Below are positions 16,450 through 25,887 of a DNA stretch of 64,000 nt, piece by piece. How positions within the stretch are numbered: the stretch's first letter is position 1; each line of letters starts with the position of its first letter. Source of the DNA: Candidatus Vogelbacteria bacterium (lineage in GTDB: Bacteria > Patescibacteriota > Minisyncoccia > Phycocordibacterales > JACRKE01); assembly GCA_016215335.1 (NCBI GenBank), contig JACRKE010000037.1, positions 2,924-66,923 on the forward strand, in the 5' to 3' direction. A program made the translations under genes and the position numbers. The notes below the pieces were generated by a model that made no database searches, was not told the origin of the DNA, and saw only the letters and a list, made by a program, of their open reading frames with translations.

Positions 16450-18287
16450 ATTCTTTTAACGGCACCCCACATTCGCGGAGGCCATGTTACTACTGATGCC
16501 GGATTAATTAATAATTTTAGTGAAGCCACTACTCCGTAACCACTTTCCTTTGCTGCTTGAAACAATTTAGGAAGTTGCGTCATCTCTGCACCGCTCGAGA
16601 CGAATGTACCCACAGTACGTTCAACCTTGGCAACCAAACCCTCGTCAAACATATCATTCACTTTGAGTCTTGCTAAATCTCTACTAACCGCAGTCTCCTC
16701 ATGAATACTATCCAGCATATATGTTGCTGTTTGTAATTCAGCACTTGTGAGTTTCTTCTGGCCTTCAATTAGACTGCCAACCAATTCAGCTCGTTCTCGT
16801 TGTTCAATTTTATTCCTATCGCTCGTTGCGCCGGACATTTTGGTTCGCTCGCGGATTAGACTCACATTAGCTTCATGCGCGGCATGAATAAATCTAAGCC
16901 AGCCAGGGGAAATCGTTTGGTTGCCTATTTTTTCAAACTTAAAGCCTAAATTATCTGGGCTGCTCGCTATTTTTTTCACAGTTTCGAGTATTATGAGTCT
17001 TGGATCAGCCTCTCCATCTTCAAGCGCTCGCGGCTTTTTTGAAAATTCTTCCGCAGCTTCGATCATGCTATCAAGTCTTGAGACATCCGCACGGCTCGCG
17101 TTTTCTTCAATTAAACCTTTTATTCCACCGGCGACGAACATTGCCGCAGCTCCTCCGGCAACTGCACTAGGCCACCACGCCAGTGAGCCCGCAACGTCGG
17201 CAATTGTTTGTATTTTTGAGGCCACCATGCCCGCAATATCTGCTTGCGATCTACTCATCATCTCTGTGGCCTGATTCACCATTCTTGTCGCCCATTCGCC
17301 TATAATAGGCATCTGGCCTGCGGTTTGTCTTAGCGACTCCACAGAAGCAAGTTTGCTTTGAATAAAACTTGCAATATCTTGCAAGTGGGGAGCAGCTAAC
17401 TCTGTAAGCTTTGCGGCTGTAGCATTTACTGCTGCGATAGCACCCGCTTCTCCAACCAAATATCCACCAACGGCAGCGCTTGTACCGGCCACTCCGACAT
17501 TCTTTACGATCTTTCCAACTTTTGTGGTTAATACATACTCAACAATACTCATAACATCCTCACTGCTCGCGGCTTTGTTCATGAGTTTTACTGTCTCTGC
17601 GTCAAACAGTGGTAATCCATCCACCGAAATTTTCTCCAGTTTACCGACCAGATCAATCATGCCTTTCTCGCCATCATAAGTTCGCAGGATATCTTTTTTC
17701 AACCTGTCTATCTTCGCATTATGATCCACCGTTGTCGTAACCAAATCTCTGGGAGCTTGGGAAACCAGTTCAGTTTGTTCTCTCTGTGGCCTAAGAGATT
17801 CAACACCTTGGGGCGCTTCAGCTTTCATTCCTGTTTTTTGCTCTTGTCGAGCTCCTTCCGCCGGATGCTCTCTTTCTACAGCTTTGTTTGTCGCTTTTTC
17901 AAGCTCAATCCTTTGTCTGATCCTGTCCGCCACCGCCTTGAATCTGTCAGACTCTTTCGACACGTCCGGGGAAGAAACAGTTTCGGGAGTTTTTGTGTCT
18001 GATTTTTTTGGAGGCACAACTGAAGCCTCTGCGCTTTGCGCGGGCGCTTCCGATGCTTTTGTTCTCGCTTTTAATCTTTCGGGCCTCTGCTCGCGTAGTC
18101 GGCGTAATTTTGCAAACTCGTCTTCCTCTGCGCTGTCTGCTTTCACATTTGGCTGGTTGGATGCGGATAATATCTTTTTCACAGAGTCGTCTATGCCTGC
18201 CGGCATAGAGTCAGCAGGGGAGCGATCTTTTTCATCTTTTCTGCTTCGGCCACTTTGTTGTGTAAAATCTGGGATGTCTTGGCTCAT
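16437..18287 (-). CDS. large charged protein with glycine-zipper blocks (cassette L0)
   Basis: 616 aa. K/E/R-rich N-terminal third; Gly/Ala-rich hydrophobic blocks (AVGGYLVGEAGAIAAV, SAVAGGAAAMFVAGGIKG). Confidence 0.4.
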   Translation of the reverse strand: MSQDIPDFTQQSGRSRKDEKDRSPADSMPAGIDDSVKKILSASNQPNVKADSAEEDEFAKLRRLREQRPERLKARTKASEAPAQSAEASVVPPKKSDTKTPETVSSPDVSKESDRFKAVADRIRQRIELEKATNKAVEREHPAEGARQEQKTGMKAEAPQGVESLRPQREQTELVSQAPRDLVTTTVDHNAKIDRLKKDILRTYDGEKGMIDLVGKLEKISVDGLPLFDAETVKLMNKAASSEDVMSIVEYVLTTKVGKIVKNVGVAGTSAAVGGYLVGEAGAIAAVNATAAKLTELAAPHLQDIASFIQSKLASVESLRQTAGQMPIIGEWATRMVNQATEMMSRSQADIAGMVASKIQTIADVAGSLAWWPSAVAGGAAAMFVAGGIKGLIEENASRADVSRLDSMIEAAEEFSKKPRALEDGEADPRLIILETVKKIASSPDNLGFKFEKIGNQTISPGWLRFIHAAHEANVSLIRERTKMSGATSDRNKIEQRERAELVGSLIEGQKKLTSAELQTATYMLDSIHEETAVSRDLARLKVNDMFDEGLVAKVERTVGTFVSSGAEMTQLPKLFQAAKESGYGVVASLKLLINPASVVTWPPRMWGAVKRIWNK

Positions 18288-18332
18288 GAGTATATATATG
18301 TGCTAAAGTATATCACGTGTGTTTAGGCAAAA

Positions 18333-20378
18333 ATGAACAACTTATCAACAACTAATTCTAACTTGAATGAGGCTCAGCAATCAGCTGCTAATCATAAAGA
18401 CGGGCCGCTTCTCATAATCGCGGGTGCTGGCGCAGGTAAAACCAAAACCATAGCCCATCGAATAGAGAATCTCGTGGCAGGAGGCATCCTTCCTCATAAA
18501 ATTCTAGCCGTAACCTTCACAAACAAAGCAGCAAAAGAGATGCGGGAACGGATTGAGAGATTACTCTCAGAGTCCAGAGGCAGGAACCAAGAGGTAAGAG
18601 CTGATACGGGCCCCACCACAACCTACAACCTACAACCTACAACCTTTCCGTTCGTTGCCACCTTCCACGGTCTCGGCGTTCAGATTATAAAAGAAAACGC
18701 GGGAATCTTCGGAACCACCAAATATTTCACTATTTTAGACAAAAGCGAGACCCTCTCACTCATTAAAAAAGCCCTAAAAGACAAGGGCTTTGATCCAAAA
18801 ATTGAGTCACCGGGGAGACTCCAAAACTTCATTTCAGGACAAAAGAACAAGCTTGTTTCGTATGTAGATTTCAAGAAACTCGAGCCCGAAAGCTATTTCT
18901 ATGAAGTAGCTGAAAAAGTGTGGGGGAGGTATGAACAGTCTCTGAATGAGCAAAAGTCGTTCGACTTTGACGACTTGATTTTGAAGCCAGTTCGTCTCTT
19001 TCGAGAGCATCCGGACATTCTCGAGCGCTATCAAGATCGCTGGACCTATATTCACATTGACGAATACCAAGACACCAACAAAGCGCAATATGAACTATCA
19101 CGGCTTCTTTCAGACAAACACAAAAACATTTGTGTCGTTGGAGACGCTGATCAAAGTGTGTACGGATGGAGGGGTGCAGACTTTAAAAATATTTTAGATT
19201 TCGAAGAAAACTTTCCGAATTCGACCGTAGTTTTACTTGAAGAAAATTATCGCTCTACCAAAATTATTCTCGACACCGCGAATGAGATAATAAAGAAGAA
19301 CAAACTGCGTAAAGAGAAAAATCTGTTCACACGGAAAACCGGTGGAGAAAAAATCTCTGTTTATGAAGCATTCGACGAAGCGGATGAAGCAAGAAATATT
19401 GCAAAAAACATCGATACTATTTTGAAATCAGGAGTAAAGCTGGAGGAGATTGCCGTTTTGTATCGTGCCAACTTTCAATCACGTGCAATCGAAGAAGCGC
19501 TTCTTTTGCGCGGAGTTCAGTATCAAGTGCTTGGTACGAAATTTTATGACAGAAAGGAGATCAAAGATACGATTGCGTTCGTGCGTGCGTCGATGAACGA
19601 AAAAGATTACGCGTCATGGGAAAGGATTATAAATGTGCCAGCCCGCGGAATAGGGGATGTAACATTCAATAAAATTATTTCGGGGAGACTCGCGGAATTA
19701 CCGCAAAAAATGCAAGAAAAAGTCAGAGATTTTGAAAGACAACTAGTACACTTTAGAGATTTTTTACTTGTAGATAAACTCTCCGAATCCATTAAAAAAA
19801 TTATACGAGAAAGTGGTATGGAAAAGATGTACACCGAAGGGTCAGAGGAAGATGAAGAACGCCTCGAAAACCTCAAAGAACTAGTTACCATAGCCACAAA
19901 ATACGATCTGTTTCCACCGGAAGAGGCTGTGGAACGGTTTCTCACCGATACCGGACTTATGTCGGATCAAGACAGTCTGAAGGAGCGAGGAGGGGGCGTA
20001 AAACTCATGACGATTCACGCGTCGAAGGGCCTAGAATTTCGACATGTTTTTGTTACAGGGCTTGAACAAGGTTTATTCCCGCACGAGCGTCTTGAAAGCT
20101 CGAGGTCAATGGAAGAAGAGAACGAGGAAGAGCGTAGACTTTTTTATGTTGCAGTTACGCGTGCAAAAGAAAAGTTGCACTTGTCGTACGCAATATGTCG
20201 AACAATTTTCGGAAACAGACGAACCAATTTACCATCAGAATATCTGGGAGATATTAGCGAGGACGTAATTGATTTAACAAGTGCAATGGGGAATAGCAGT
20301 GGTAGGCAGTACATGTATAGTGATCCAGAGGCAGGAGATGATGTTATACAGTGGGGATGTCTTGGGGGAGGAAAGTAG
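18333..20378 (+). CDS. uvrD: UvrD/PcrA-type SF1 DNA helicase
   Basis: Walker A AGAGAGKTKT, motif Ia ATFHGLG, UvrD-family motifs through VTRAKEKL; carries an in-frame CTACAAC heptamer array (TTYNLQPTT). Confidence 0.85.
   Translation: MNNLSTTNSNLNEAQQSAANHKDGPLLIIAGAGAGKTKTIAHRIENLVAGGILPHKILAVTFTNKAAKEMRERIERLLSESRGRNQEVRADTGPTTTYNLQPTTFPFVATFHGLGVQIIKENAGIFGTTKYFTILDKSETLSLIKKALKDKGFDPKIESPGRLQNFISGQKNKLVSYVDFKKLEPESYFYEVAEKVWGRYEQSLNEQKSFDFDDLILKPVRLFREHPDILERYQDRWTYIHIDEYQDTNKAQYELSRLLSDKHKNICVVGDADQSVYGWRGADFKNILDFEENFPNSTVVLLEENYRSTKIILDTANEIIKKNKLRKEKNLFTRKTGGEKISVYEAFDEADEARNIAKNIDTILKSGVKLEEIAVLYRANFQSRAIEEALLLRGVQYQVLGTKFYDRKEIKDTIAFVRASMNEKDYASWERIINVPARGIGDVTFNKIISGRLAELPQKMQEKVRDFERQLVHFRDFLLVDKLSESIKKIIRESGMEKMYTEGSEEDEERLENLKELVTIATKYDLFPPEEAVERFLTDTGLMSDQDSLKERGGGVKLMTIHASKGLEFRHVFVTGLEQGLFPHERLESSRSMEEENEEERRLFYVAVTRAKEKLHLSYAICRTIFGNRRTNLPSEYLGDISEDVIDLTSAMGNSSGRQYMYSDPEAGDDVIQWGCLGGGK
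18617..18646. repeat. CTACAAC/ACAACCT heptamer array (4 units) in frame within uvrD
   Basis: accacaacctacaacctacaacctacaacct encodes TTYNLQPTT. Confidence 0.8.
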
Positions 20379-20428
20379 TTAGTAGTTGGTAGATAGCCAC
20401 CGCATTTTGCGGGGCCCCGCCAGAGGCG

Positions 20429-21394
20429 ATGGTAGCTAGCATGAAATACAAAAAAACAAAACTGAATGATGGGCCCCAACCAGCTACTAACCACCGACTA
20501 CTAACTACGCATCCAAAACGCTCCCTAGGGCAAAATTTTTTAACTTCAGAAGCGGCTGTCGCGAAAATTGTTGCTGCGGGCGAAATCAAATCAGATGACA
20601 CTGTTCTTGAGATCGGTCCAGGGAGGGGAGTACTCACAAAAAAACTTCTATCCCTTGCTAGAAAAGTAATAGCGGTCGAAAAAGACGACGAGCTATTTGA
20701 ACTACTCCAAAATAAATTTGCCAAAGAAATCGAAACAGGAAGGTTGCAACTTGTGCATGAGGACATCTTGAAATTTGATGAATCTAACTACAACCTACTA
20801 ACTACAACCTACAACCTAATTTCAAACATTCCATACAACATTACAGGTGCGATCCTCCGTAAATTCTTAACATCAGAACACCAACCATCAACAATGGTTC
20901 TGCTCGTACAAAAAGAGGTGGCGGAAAGAATCGTTGCGCGTGACGGAAAAGAGAGTTTACTCTCCGTAAGTGTGAAGGTCTATGGAAATCCGCAATATAT
21001 AGCTACAGTTAAGGCCGGCAGCTTCTTCCCAGCTCCAAAAGTGGACTCGGCGATAATAAAAATAAGTGACATTTCCCGCGACTTTTTCACCCACATGGAA
21101 ACCGAGCTTCAAAATAAAATAACGTCTAAGAATAACGATTTTACAGAGGGTTCCCCTCTGTATGTGGATAAGTCTGACGTGGAAAGAGAGTTTTTTGAGT
21201 TTGTTTCGGCTGGGTTTGCTCACAAGCGCAAGCTTCTATCCCGGAATTTGGCAGGATATTTTGGAGACCAGGGAGAATGGCTTCAGGCGTGCACAATTGT
21301 AAAAATAAATCCCAAATCCAGGGCGGAAAACTTAAATATTGAAAATTGGAAAATACTCTTTAACTTATCCACAAAAAACCAGAAAAATCCTTAG
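20429..21394 (+). CDS. rsmA: 16S rRNA (adenine1518/1519-N6)-dimethyltransferase RsmA/KsgA
   Basis: SLGQNFL, SAM-binding motif LEIGPGRGVLT, NIPYNIT motif; in-frame heptamer-repeat insert (YNLLTTTYNL) and extended C-terminus. Confidence 0.8.
   Translation: MVASMKYKKTKLNDGPQPATNHRLLTTHPKRSLGQNFLTSEAAVAKIVAAGEIKSDDTVLEIGPGRGVLTKKLLSLARKVIAVEKDDELFELLQNKFAKEIETGRLQLVHEDILKFDESNYNLLTTTYNLISNIPYNITGAILRKFLTSEHQPSTMVLLVQKEVAERIVARDGKESLLSVSVKVYGNPQYIATVKAGSFFPAPKVDSAIIKISDISRDFFTHMETELQNKITSKNNDFTEGSPLYVDKSDVEREFFEFVSAGFAHKRKLLSRNLAGYFGDQGEWLQACTIVKINPKSRAENLNIENWKILFNLSTKNQKNP
20784..20818. repeat. CTAACTA/CAACCTA heptamer array (5 units) in frame within rsmA
   Basis: ctaactacaacctactaactacaacctacaaccta encodes NYNLLTTTYNL; related degenerate copies at 20379-20396 and 20477-20510. 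Confidence 0.8.
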
Positions 21395-21434
21395 GTTTAG
21401 AGCCTTTTCGGTGATAAAATAGAGCTATTCTTAT

Positions 21435-22151
21435 ATGAAGAAAGAGCCGCAAAAAATGTGGCCGATATTTGCATTAGGAGCGGTGGTAGTTCTCGCCATC
21501 GTGCTTAAGATTTATACATGGATATTTTCAGGGGAGACCCTCCCGCCGGCTGAATACAAGGCAGTTGTTGGACCAGTGGGGACGAGCACTGGACTTGCTT
21601 TCAATATGGCCAACTGGCAAATCAATCCCTCCACCTCAAGCAACGAGTTTTCTAGTGTTGAGCCGATGAAAAACTTCACCGACAGCGACATTAAGAAAAC
21701 TTCCGATAATGGCAAGACGAGAATAAAAATGTACGCGACAGCTTTGAAATCAGCTCTGGCGCCGTATTCTGACCCCAAGCAGAAAAGTGCACCAGAAATA
21801 CTCATGAAAGTGTACGAAACGAACGACCCCGCCGAGCTTTCGAAACTTCTAGAAGCAAAAAATAATCACCAAACGGCACTGAACTCTCTACTTGCAATTG
21901 AAGTACCATCAGACATTGCGCGTTACCACTTAGTCTTAATCAATTCTGTAGGAAGATTACACTTTCTCGTAAATAATATGCTCAAAGTGGGGGACAAGCC
22001 AGTACTCGCGCTCACGAGCGCTAGAATCTTTGGCTCCGAAGTAAACAGATTCGCTGATGCTCTGACCGTTTTAAATAATGTTTTTTATAACAAAGGTTTA
22101 GTTTTCGAAGAGAAGGACGAGGTTAGGATTTATTTAACCGCCACCAAGTAA
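21435..22151 (+). CDS. hypothetical membrane-anchored protein
   Basis: 238 aa, N-terminal TM (IFALGAVVVLAIVLKIYTWIF), periplasmic-type remainder. Confidence 0.35.
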   Translation: MKKEPQKMWPIFALGAVVVLAIVLKIYTWIFSGETLPPAEYKAVVGPVGTSTGLAFNMANWQINPSTSSNEFSSVEPMKNFTDSDIKKTSDNGKTRIKMYATALKSALAPYSDPKQKSAPEILMKVYETNDPAELSKLLEAKNNHQTALNSLLAIEVPSDIARYHLVLINSVGRLHFLVNNMLKVGDKPVLALTSARIFGSEVNRFADALTVLNNVFYNKGLVFEEKDEVRIYLTATK

Positions 22152-22160
22152 CTTGCAGTT

Positions 22161-25100
22161 ATGAAACCTAAAGAGAATAGCGCAAAAACAGACAGACACC
22201 GAGAGAACGTAAAAAAATACGCTTTGGTGATTTTACTTACGTTCCCCCTACTCGCGCTTTATTTAAAATTTGACACCCCTAAGGTTTCAGCTAGCATAAT
22301 CGAAACCATACAGAATGGAATGACAAACTTTAATCAATCCGTGGGTAACGCAACCGGCGGAGGGAACAGTGCGACAGGAGCTTCGAATTCAGGGGTTGGT
22401 AAAGTATCTTGCTTTGAACAAACCGGTCTACCGATATCTGACAGCGAACTTGCGCCAAACAAGACTCCGAGCGCAACACCGGCAGATGGAGTTAAGGCTA
22501 CTGTTGGCGCAGTAAGAACTATCGGAGAGGGAGTTGCCGCCAGACTAAATCAGGCCGGACCGGGCATTGAAGCACTTGGCATTGTGGCATTTGGCTCTAG
22601 ACCAGCGAGCACAGCTATAGCTATGGGGTTACCACTCACGAATAAAACACTGGCCACAACCCAAGTTTCGACCATAGGAAACTTCGCCAGTCACAGCATA
22701 AGTAATGAGGCTATCAAAGTAGACGATTCAAAACCCATTCTGCCACATAGCTACTATTCCATTATGGAATCTCCGAAAGTTTTAGCGGTCGCAGTTATTT
22801 CTGATACAACAACCATATCGGAACAGATGTCTTTACTGCTTGGCGTAGTTACTGAAATCGGAAAGGAGATAAAAACATTAGGGGGAACTGCTCCGAACAA
22901 GACTGAATTCTTCCAAGGTACACAGATTATTTCGACTTCTCTCGACAATCTTTCTTCAATGTTTAGAGCTCAACCGACATCAGCCAACCGCAATTTAATT
23001 CAAAGTTCTATTACCGCTCTAACAGCATCCCTAAAAGAAACCCAAATCGCTCAAACTGATGTGAACCGCGCCCTTGCCGTAAGTGACTTGGTAATAAGGG
23101 GGGGCAATCTGCTTTCACAGATTGCTCAAGTACCCATTAGGCCGTCATCCGAGGAAATTGAATCCCTGCGTCTTTTCAATGAGAACGGTGCCACATTCAA
23201 TCAAAGCATGCAAAATATTTATGACCTAACAAATGACACTGGCAGTGGAATGCCGCTTGAAAATGCAGCCGTTTTAGCTGAAATCATAAAAATAGTTTCG
23301 GATGAATATTCGGTGGCACTCCAAACCGCAAGCGCCACAGGAAATTACAATAGCCCTGCGTTTCTCGAGGCCGCCAGACGAATGAAGGTTCTGACTGACA
23401 ACCTGACCACACTATCAAACAGGAATGTGAGTGATGATGTGGCCACAGGGGCCACCAATAACTTAATTAACGGGGGAATTATTTCCAGCAACCAAGGACC
23501 ATCAGCCCTAAGCGGTATGCAGGCAATCAATACAATCGCGCAAATGAGCGGTTCAGGGGGAGGAACACAGTCATTTACAAATATAAATAGAGCAATACAA
23601 CAGTCAGGAATGCTTTCATCGGGAGCCGGGGCCCAAATGGGCAACGCACTTCAAGCATTCGAACAAATCCAAAAGATTTTCAGTGGGAAGGGAGGGGCAA
23701 TGGGGATTCTTCAGGGCGTAAAACAGCTTAGTGGCATGTTTAGTGGTGGCTCAAGCTCAATCGGACGAGCGGTTTCCAATATGGGTTCTGGGGCAGGGGG
23801 AGGAGGACTGGGAGCGGGTGGTGGAAACACTCCGCCCCTGAACCCGTCGCCCGAGGAAGTCAATGGCCAAAGAATTGCCGCACGAGATTTGTCCGATAGC
23901 GCTGGCGGAGTGAAGGAAGACGCAGACGATGCCGGCGATAAAGCGGCGGAAGCGCCGGCGGCGGGCGAAGGTACCCCAGAAGCAGTCGACAAAAAAGGAG
24001 CAGAAAAAGAAGGCGGGGCCGGAACCGGTGGCACAAGCAAGAAAACACCTATCGCCGACAATCTGGGTGGTAGTGAAATCGGCGTACCAGTAAACGTGAA
24101 GAAAGGGACACCATATTTCAATATAGTGAAAAGCATTCGAGAGATTAGCTCGCAAGCGTGCGATTATCTCGCAGACATTGACCTTATCCAGCAACTCACG
24201 TGGGACAAGATTCACGTGCAAGACCCTAAAACTGTGAATGAGGTCGCAGAAGCGACCAAGAAAGCCGCCGAAGAATGGGAGAAGACAATGGCAGACAAGC
24301 GTAAATTGCCGGATGGTAATAAGGGCTCTTTCCGTCCAACATATGAACAGTTTGAGAAAGAGAACGTAACAGTAGCGGACGCGGCCGCCTATGACCGAGC
24401 TAAAAAAGCTTTCGAAAAAAACGCGTTCAAGGATGAACTCCAAAAAAAACTTGAAGCTGAAATGAAAAAAAGTGCCGACAAGGACGTAAGCTTTGAAAGC
24501 GTGCTCAAAATTGCGAAAGAGAAGCCGAAAGAAGGCAAAGATCAGAAAACGGCAAACGACTTTATCCAGGCTCACTCGCCCTACTTTGATCCAACCATAC
24601 TTTATGGCAAAGCCATAGAAATGGTAAAGGACACTAGAACAAAGAGGATAGAAGACGCGCAAGCCACATACCAAGGCAACTTGACAGTCCCGCCCCAAAC
24701 AAAATGCGAAGGCGCAGGAAGAAAGGTGAAAAATGCGCAAGGGAAAGAGATCTGTATACATCCTGAAATAGACGGTCCGGCAGGTGCGGTGCTTGCACTT
24801 ACTGATTACAGATGGAGGACTTCACCCATAGAACAGGCGGATTCGACGACCGGAACAAGCCAAAGAGACCACAAGGAAAGAGTGGCCGAGGCTCCAAAAG
24901 AACAGCTACCTGATTCCGGTATGCAGGATGGTGGCGACGACCGTGATCAGGATGGTAATCCCGGTGGAGACAATGACGACGGCGGCGGAAATGACGATGA
25001 CGGAGATGGAGGTGGAGACGATGGAGGAGATGATGGCGGAGGAGGAGGCGGAAATGGCGGGGGCGGTGAAGACTGGCTAAAAAAACTGCTCGAAATTTAT

Positions 25101-25886
25101 TGCAGAGCCAATCCGACAAGTCGAATATGTGGCGGAAATGGCGGCGGGGGCGGGGGAGATAATCCACCTGCTGAAGTCAAACCAGTCCTCGCACTATCAA
25201 GCACAAAAACAACGGTGAATGGTCTGCCAGCGGTAAGTTTGACATGGGCCGTGAACGGCGCAAGGTCGTGCCGAACCGATAACGCTTGGGTGAGTTACGG
25301 CAAAGGCGCGAGCGCATCGCTTACAAAAGAAAACTTGGTAACATCAGGTTCATCACTCCCGCCAAAATGCGGGAGTGGAAATGGGACATGCAGCCAAACG
25401 GTTTATGAGCCGGCGGTGTTTAAAGTGGCAGTATCGATCACATCGCCATCAGGCGTTCCGCGCGCCGACCAATCGCGCTCATTTGAAACATCACTCACGA
25501 TGGAACCGACGCTCAATCAGTCTTCCGGCAGTACGGTCTACCAAACAACTTCATTTAGGCCAAACTTAAGTGGTGTTGTCGCGGGAGACTCTGTTGTTCT
25601 AACCGTAAACGGATCCACGCTTAGAGGTGTAATCCCGGCAGGAACAGTAAGCGCTTCACTCGTCACCGATCTTATACGAGACGCTAAGAGCCTTCTCACT
25701 CCTACGAGCCCGGAGTATGAAACGTTTAATTCTCTCACTCTCTCGTCTCTAAACGAAATCCTCACTATTTCCGGAAGCACACGAAGCACGGCCACAATAC
25801 CCGCGAATACAGAATACAAAATGTCTTGCGAGAACAACGCGGGAGAGACCAAAGATTCCACAGTTTCAACAATAGCAACCCCATAG
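22161..25886 (+). CDS. giant (1241-aa) membrane-anchored surface protein with G/S-rich and D/G-rich acidic tracts
   Basis: N-terminal TM (YALVILLTFPLLALYL); long low-complexity Gly/Ser/Ala/Asn-rich region; acidic DGGDDRDQDGNPGGDNDDGGGNDDDGDGGGDDGG tract; Cys-containing C-terminal domain. Confidence 0.5.
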   Translation: MKPKENSAKTDRHRENVKKYALVILLTFPLLALYLKFDTPKVSASIIETIQNGMTNFNQSVGNATGGGNSATGASNSGVGKVSCFEQTGLPISDSELAPNKTPSATPADGVKATVGAVRTIGEGVAARLNQAGPGIEALGIVAFGSRPASTAIAMGLPLTNKTLATTQVSTIGNFASHSISNEAIKVDDSKPILPHSYYSIMESPKVLAVAVISDTTTISEQMSLLLGVVTEIGKEIKTLGGTAPNKTEFFQGTQIISTSLDNLSSMFRAQPTSANRNLIQSSITALTASLKETQIAQTDVNRALAVSDLVIRGGNLLSQIAQVPIRPSSEEIESLRLFNENGATFNQSMQNIYDLTNDTGSGMPLENAAVLAEIIKIVSDEYSVALQTASATGNYNSPAFLEAARRMKVLTDNLTTLSNRNVSDDVATGATNNLINGGIISSNQGPSALSGMQAINTIAQMSGSGGGTQSFTNINRAIQQSGMLSSGAGAQMGNALQAFEQIQKIFSGKGGAMGILQGVKQLSGMFSGGSSSIGRAVSNMGSGAGGGGLGAGGGNTPPLNPSPEEVNGQRIAARDLSDSAGGVKEDADDAGDKAAEAPAAGEGTPEAVDKKGAEKEGGAGTGGTSKKTPIADNLGGSEIGVPVNVKKGTPYFNIVKSIREISSQACDYLADIDLIQQLTWDKIHVQDPKTVNEVAEATKKAAEEWEKTMADKRKLPDGNKGSFRPTYEQFEKENVTVADAAAYDRAKKAFEKNAFKDELQKKLEAEMKKSADKDVSFESVLKIAKEKPKEGKDQKTANDFIQAHSPYFDPTILYGKAIEMVKDTRTKRIEDAQATYQGNLTVPPQTKCEGAGRKVKNAQGKEICIHPEIDGPAGAVLALTDYRWRTSPIEQADSTTGTSQRDHKERVAEAPKEQLPDSGMQDGGDDRDQDGNPGGDNDDGGGNDDDGDGGGDDGGDDGGGGGGNGGGGEDWLKKLLEIYCRANPTSRICGGNGGGGGGDNPPAEVKPVLALSSTKTTVNGLPAVSLTWAVNGARSCRTDNAWVSYGKGASASLTKENLVTSGSSLPPKCGSGNGTCSQTVYEPAVFKVAVSITSPSGVPRADQSRSFETSLTMEPTLNQSSGSTVYQTTSFRPNLSGVVAGDSVVLTVNGSTLRGVIPAGTVSASLVTDLIRDAKSLLTPTSPEYETFNSLTLSSLNEILTISGSTRSTATIPANTEYKMSCENNAGETKDSTVSTIATP

Positions 25887-25887
25887 A

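Noticed and set aside
23757-24761. 334-aa minus-strand ORF, and many other 60-170-aa ORFs antisense to long genes (e.g. 387..788, 2223..3047, 8326..9688, 12729..13259, 58720..59127)
   Set aside because: They lie fully inside, and antisense to, much longer ORFs with recognisable domains; compositions are odd (Cys/Phe/Arg-rich); typical shadow ORFs.
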